From Entomortierella parvispora E1425 (taxonomy: Eukaryota; Fungi; Mortierellomycota), in the NCBI GenBank assembly GCA_020891255.1, contig BQFW01000015.1:1302001-1366000 (forward strand): a stretch of 64,000 nt of DNA, written 5' to 3'. Positions 58,998-64,000 of the stretch are shown one piece after another (positions within the stretch are counted from its first letter, which is position 1; each line of letters starts with the position of its first letter). The position numbers were made by a program, and so were the translations under genes. The notes beneath the pieces were generated by a model. The model saw nothing but the letters and a program-made list of their open reading frames with translations, searched no databases and was not told the DNA's origin.

Positions 58998-59004
58998 TAT
59001 AAAA
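58998..59004 (+). promoter_or_regulatory. Putative TATA box of the OPT gene
   Basis: TATAAAA about 120 nt upstream of ATG 59124; a matching TATAAAA precedes the paralog at 62626-62632. Confidence 0.5.
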
Positions 59005-59123
59005 GAAGTCCACTGCCCCGAACTTTTGATTTCTTTGTCTAAGGCCATCCTCTCATCCCCCCCCCCCCTCCTTCTCCTCCCCTTCCGTCGCACATCCTTT
59101 GCGAGCCCTCCCTGCCCCTCACC

Positions 59124-61394
59124 ATGTCCGAACACAAGCAAGATTATGTTGCTGAAAAGGAGTTCGTTGACGAGAAGTTCGATGTCGAGCGCTCGTCCGT
59201 CATCCTCGAAGAAGAAGAGAACTCTCCTATTCCTGAGGTTGCCGCCATCGTCTCCAACCAGGATGATCCTTCCCTCCCTGTCATGACCTTCCGTTTCTGG
59301 GTCATGGGCGTTATCTTCTCCCTTTTCCTCTCTTTCATCAACCAGTTCTTGTAAGAAAATATCTGCATTGCTATCGCGCTCGATCTCTCCTCTCCCGATA
59401 AATCATCATTTCTGACTTGATGCTTACCTTATCCCGACAGCTGGTTCCGAACGAACCCCATGACGATTGGCACCCTGGTTATCCAGCTGGTCGCTTACCC
59501 TATCGGAGTGTTTATGGCCAAGGTCCTCCCCGCAGGTCGCCTCAACCCCGGTCCCTTCAACATCAAGGAGCACGTCTTGATCGCCTTGACTGCCAACTGT
59601 GCTGGTGGTACCGCCTACGCTGTCGATATTATCGTCATCCAGAGAGTCTTCTATAAGCAGGACTTTGGTTTCCTTGCCAACTTGCTCCTCATCCTTACCA
59701 CTCAGATGCTTGGATACGGTATGGCTGGTGTTCTCCGTCGGTACCTTGTCTACCCCGCTGCTATGATCTGGCCCTCGAACTTGGTCCAGGTCGCCTTGTT
59801 CAACACTCTCCACAAGGATGAGGACCTCGCTCCTGGCCAATGGACCCGCTACAAGTTCTTCTTGGTTGCCATCTTGGGCATGTTCTTGTATGCCTGGATC
59901 CCCGGTGTTCTTTTCCCTGCTTTGACTGCCTTCGCTTGGATCTGCTGGATCAAGCCAACGAACCTGGTCCTTTCTCAGATCACCGGTGCTGGAGGTCTTG
60001 GTATCGGTGTCATTTCCTTCGACTGGAACACCATTACTGCCTTCTTGTCCTCGCCTTTGATTACTCCTTGGTGGGCACAGGTTAACATCGCCGTTGGTTT
60101 CGCTCTCCTTACTTGGGTACTTGTCCCTATCTGCTACTACACCAATGTCTGGAACGCCAAGCATTTCCCTATCTTCTCCGCCGGTCTGTTCCTCGAAAAT
60201 GGCAATACTTACCAGACATTGTCAATCCTGACCCCCGACAAGGTCTTGGATGAGGCCAAGTACGAGGCCTATGGACCTCTCCGTCTCTCTGTCTTCTTTG
60301 CTTTGACCTACGGTATCGGTTTCGCCGGTCTTGCTTCCATGGTCACCCACACCTGGTTGTACCATCGCCACAAGTTGGTTGCCCAGTGGAAACAATCCCG
60401 CGAGCACTCTGAGGATATTCACCACAAGCTCATGCAGGCCTACCCTGAGGTCCCTGACTGGTGGTATGCTTCCTTGTTCGTCATCATGACCGTTGTCGCC
60501 GTGATCACCTGCGAGGTCTGGGATTACAAACTCCCCTGGTGGGGCGTGCTCTTGGCGGTCTTCCTTTCTGCCTTCTTCTGCCTCCCAATTGGTCTCATTC
60601 AGGCTGTTACCAACCAGCAGCCAGGCTTGAACATCATTACAGAGTACGTTATCGGTTACATTCTCCCTGGTCGCCCCATTGCCAACGTTACCTTCAAGAC
60701 TCTTGGTTACATTTCCATGGCACAGGGTTTGATGTTCGTCGGTGATCTCAAGCTCGGTCACTACATGAAGGTTCCCCCTCGCGCAATGTTCTGGGCCCAG
60801 TTGCTGGGAACTGTTATTGCCTCGGTCATCAATCTGGTCACTGCCAACTGGTTGCTTGCTACCCAAAAGGGCATTTGCACCCCCGAGAACCCGAACTTCG
60901 AGTGCAAATCTGCCGCAACCTTCTACTCTGCCTCCGTCATTTGGGGAGTTATCTCGCCCAACAAGATGTTCGGACCCTCCTCCATCTACAACTCGATCAA
61001 CTACTTCTTCATTATCGGATTCTTGTTGCCCATTCCTTTCTACTTCCTCAGAAAGCGATTCCCCAACACTTGGGTGGAGTTCATTCACATCCCAGTCCTG
61101 TTGGCTGCGACCGGTATGATGCCCCCAGCTTCTCCCTTCATGTACCCCAACTGGGTCGCTCTTGGATTCGTCTTCCAGTTCTACGTCCGCCGTTACCACC
61201 CCAACTGGCATCTGCGTTTCACCTATGTCTTGTCCGCTGCTTTCGATTCTGGCACGGCCTTCATGGTCCTCCTCAGTTTCTTCATCTTTGATTTCCGTGA
61301 CAAGGCTATGGTCCCATGGTGGGGAACTGATGTCTCTTGCCCTCTTCAAAGCAAGTCGTATATCCCAGCTACGCCTCTCCCTAAGGAAGCTTAA
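59124..61394 (+). CDS. OPT-family oligopeptide/glutathione transporter; exons 59124-59350, 59441-61394
   Basis: ENSPIPEVAAIVSNQDDP, NPGPFNIKEHVLI, NQQPGLNIITEY, DLKLGHYMKVPPR; many TM segments. Confidence 0.96.
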
Positions 61395-61754
61395 TACTAT
61401 CATCTATTGAGGCTGCAGATTCTCTTAGTATATCCCCAATCTTTTACATAATAAAAGGGAATTTTGAAAAGCAGATTTATCGTTTATTGTGGACTTTTGT
61501 CATCTTCATGTCCAATGTTTTTTTTGTTAGGTTTGTTCACCTAGCAGCCTAGGCTGTACATATTGTAAGAGGGGGAGGGTGCTTGCGCTCTGACTTACGG
61601 CTGTGGATGTTGATGATGAGAGAGTTAGTTGCACAAGACAGCGGCAGCAAACAGGGAGATGTAGGAGCAGGAAACGAGCGTGTGTGGCAAGCGAGTGGAA
61701 ATTAGGGTAGATACAGATGTGTGGAGGCTTGGAGAGGCTGGAGGGGAGGGAGGC

Positions 61755-61756
<2 letters not shown>

Positions 61757-61796
<40 letters not shown>
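61757..61796. repeat. (TG)20 microsatellite
   Basis: 40-bp perfect TG run. Confidence 0.95.
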
Positions 61797-61798
<2 letters not shown>

Positions 61799-62801
61799 AG
61801 AGCGAGCTGAAAGGGCAGAGACAGAGGGCATGCGAAAAAGGGGATTGATCGAATGGTCAAGGGCGTACTTTGAGAGAATCCCTGGTATTTAAGCAAGCTG
61901 TAGTTGCGGGTTCCGGAAGTGTATCCGAAGGAAAATTTCAAGAACCATGGTCCCTTCCTTCTAAACACTAGGACATCGTCTCTAGGTTTGTTGCCAAGGC
62001 TGGACATTTGAATTTGTTCGTCCCACGGAAGTCCGCTCCGAATATCCAGGGCTGATCGACTGCAAATCAGTCGGCCAAGCTCGGCTTAATGGGGCTGACA
62101 GGGCTGATGGGGAGAGCGCTTGGACTTGGCATCGATGCCCTCTTGGCAGAAAGACAACTCGCCCTGTCGCCCTCTGTGCTCTCCATGTAACTTTGTATGT
62201 CTAATATTGCAGATGGGAACGAGTGCTGGATTTGAGTCGACGACAGGATAAAGTTCCTATTGGATGTTTTCATAGCGCGTCCGAGGCCCTTTTTTTTTTT
62301 TGTTTTTTTTTTGTTTTTGCCACAGTCGACCATCAACAGTGGCTCCCTCCCAAGTTTCCTCTCCCCTGGACCAAAAGGGCCCTCAATAAACAACCTCGGA
62401 TCCAAAGACCGTCTTGTTTTGGCCAATTGATGGCAACTGGACAGATCTCCGTGCATGGCTATCAGTCTTGTGGACACTGTTCCACTTTGTCGGCTAGCTC
62501 CAGAGAATTGTGCCCTTGACAACTGGATGGGGTGACCATGGCTCGATCTCAGCCCTTGCATCCCATGTTCTCATCAGGTGGAGCTCTTCACACCTTTCTT
62601 TCCTTTCTACATTTTTCTTGGCCGCTATAAAAGGCCGCTGTTCTTTCCTCCAACATTGTCCTTTGTCTCTGACCCTATCCTCATTCCTCGGCCTCCTCCT
62701 TCCTTCTTTCATCCCTCTCTTATCTTCCCTCTTTTCTTCCTCCCCTGAACCCATTACTTCCTCCTTCAGAACTAGGGGGGATATCCGTTCTCTGTTGCAC
62801 C

Positions 62802-63645
62802 GTGTCTGACTATAAGCAAGAATTCGTTGCTGAAAAGAGTTCATCGGTGAGAAACACGATGTCGTACGCGCCTCTGTTATCCCCGATGAAGAAAACTCGC
62901 CCATTGTCGAGGTCGCTGCCATCGTTTCCAAAAGGATGATCCTTCCCTCCCTGTCATGACCTTCCGTTTCTGGATCTTGGCCGTGTTCTTCACCGCGTTC
63001 CGGTCGTTCATGAACCGGTTCTTGTAAGTGTCATTCGAAAGTCAACAGCCCAAATAAGACTGTGGCCCAGGATCTAATACTTCATTCCTGGTTCAATAGC
63101 TGGTTTCGTACCCATCCTTTGACTATTGGTACTTTGGTCATCCATTTGACCGCTTTCCCCATTGGAAAGTTCATGGCTCGCGTCCTTCCCGCTGGTCGCC
63201 TCAACCCGTGGTCCCTTCAACATCAAGGAGCACGTTGCACGTTTTGATCGCCTTGACCACCAACTGTGCCTCTAACACTGCTTACGCTGTTGATATTATC
63301 GTTATTCAAAGAGTGTTTTACGACCAAGACTTTGGCTTCCTTGCCAACTTTCTCCTCGTCCTCACCACCCATCTGCTGGGTTATGGCATGGCCGGTGTTC
63401 TCCGTCGTTACCTTGTATAACCAGCCGTCATGGTCTGGCCCGTTAGCCTGGTCTAAGTTGCTTTGTTGAATACTCTCCACAAGGATGAGGATCTTGCTCC
63501 TGGCCAGTGGTCATGGTACAAGTTCTTCCTGGTTGCCATGCTCTGCATGCTCTGCTACGCCTGGTTCCCTGCGTATGTCTTTCCTGCTCTGACCGCCTTC
63601 GCTTGGATCTGCTGGATCAAGCCCGACAATCTGGTCCTTTCTCAG
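62802..63645 (+). pseudogene. Disabled, 3'-truncated tandem paralog of the OPT gene
   Basis: Aligns to the 5' part of 59124-61394 with the intron at the same position (63024-63099). ATG changed to GTG, 1-nt indels near 62837, 62931 and 63209, a 7-nt duplication at 63230-63243, and stops at 63418-63420 and 63454-63456. Confidence 0.93.
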
Positions 63646-64000
63646 CTACCCCGAGGCCGGCTAAGCTGCATCGGTCTAATTGGTGATACTCTATCGATCA
63701 TCATCACATTATTAAACTTATTATCGATGTGCTTTGCGTTCTTCATGAAAGACTTCTATGGAAAATAAAATCCTGTGATTATTGAGAGCGGCCGATGACG
63801 GCCCAGGAATGAAGCAATGGAACATAGCATGCGACGAGGAGTAGAGCGAGCCAGCTTTATGAATTTCACTGTTGAAGCGAAACAGAAAATTAAGAAGATA
63901 CAAACGATCTGTATCCTGGGGGCTGGGACTGGGCAAAAAAAAGGAACCGGTGCACTCTGTCTCTCAAAAGGAAAAAGCCGGTGCATCGAGCTGGTTCACT

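Noticed and set aside
8542-61403. Other antisense ORFs (8542-9345, 11945-12709, 16091-16852, 26780-27415, 59424-60164, 60222-61403)
   Set aside because: All lie opposite well-supported genes and are explained by codon bias
62040-62100. GACTGCAAATC resembling a tRNA-Cys anticodon loop
   Set aside because: No acceptor stem, D-arm or TTC T-loop in context

Overview
Gene-dense, intron-containing fungal genomic DNA. Short GT-AG introns with CTAAC/CTGAC branch sites, the gene content and the codon bias suggest an early-diverging fungus, most likely Mortierellaceae (inference). I can support 18 protein-coding genes and one pseudogene; no tRNA, rRNA, CRISPR array or intact transposon was recognised. 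In order: secreted alkaline phosphatase with an extra N-terminal domain, an orphan mitochondrial-type membrane protein, mitochondrial ACP, UreD, a His-brace LPMO-like secreted protein, a calpain, an Sch9-like kinase, REV1, metaxin/SAM37, thymidylate synthase, a class-3 ALDH, URA2, a tocopherol-cyclase-like protein, a Ste20/PAK kinase, a PhoD-like phosphatase, a DOPA-4,5-dioxygenase-like protein, IPI3, an OPT transporter and a disabled tandem OPT copy. The most notable observations are: (1) the tocopherol-cyclase-like gene; (2) an LPMO-like protein mixing AA11-type and AA9-type motifs; (3) two consecutive GC-AG introns and two symmetric micro-exons (27 and 21 nt) in the REV1 BRCT domain, plus a third GC-AG intron in metaxin; (4) a possibly bacterial-type alkaline phosphatase; (5) a DODA-like gene; (6) unusual long or structured introns in ACP, ALDH and PAK; (7) an OPT paralog that diverged while functional and was later disabled. 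Family assignments come from recalled motifs, not database searches. Exon boundaries were deduced by hand from splice signals and reading frame.
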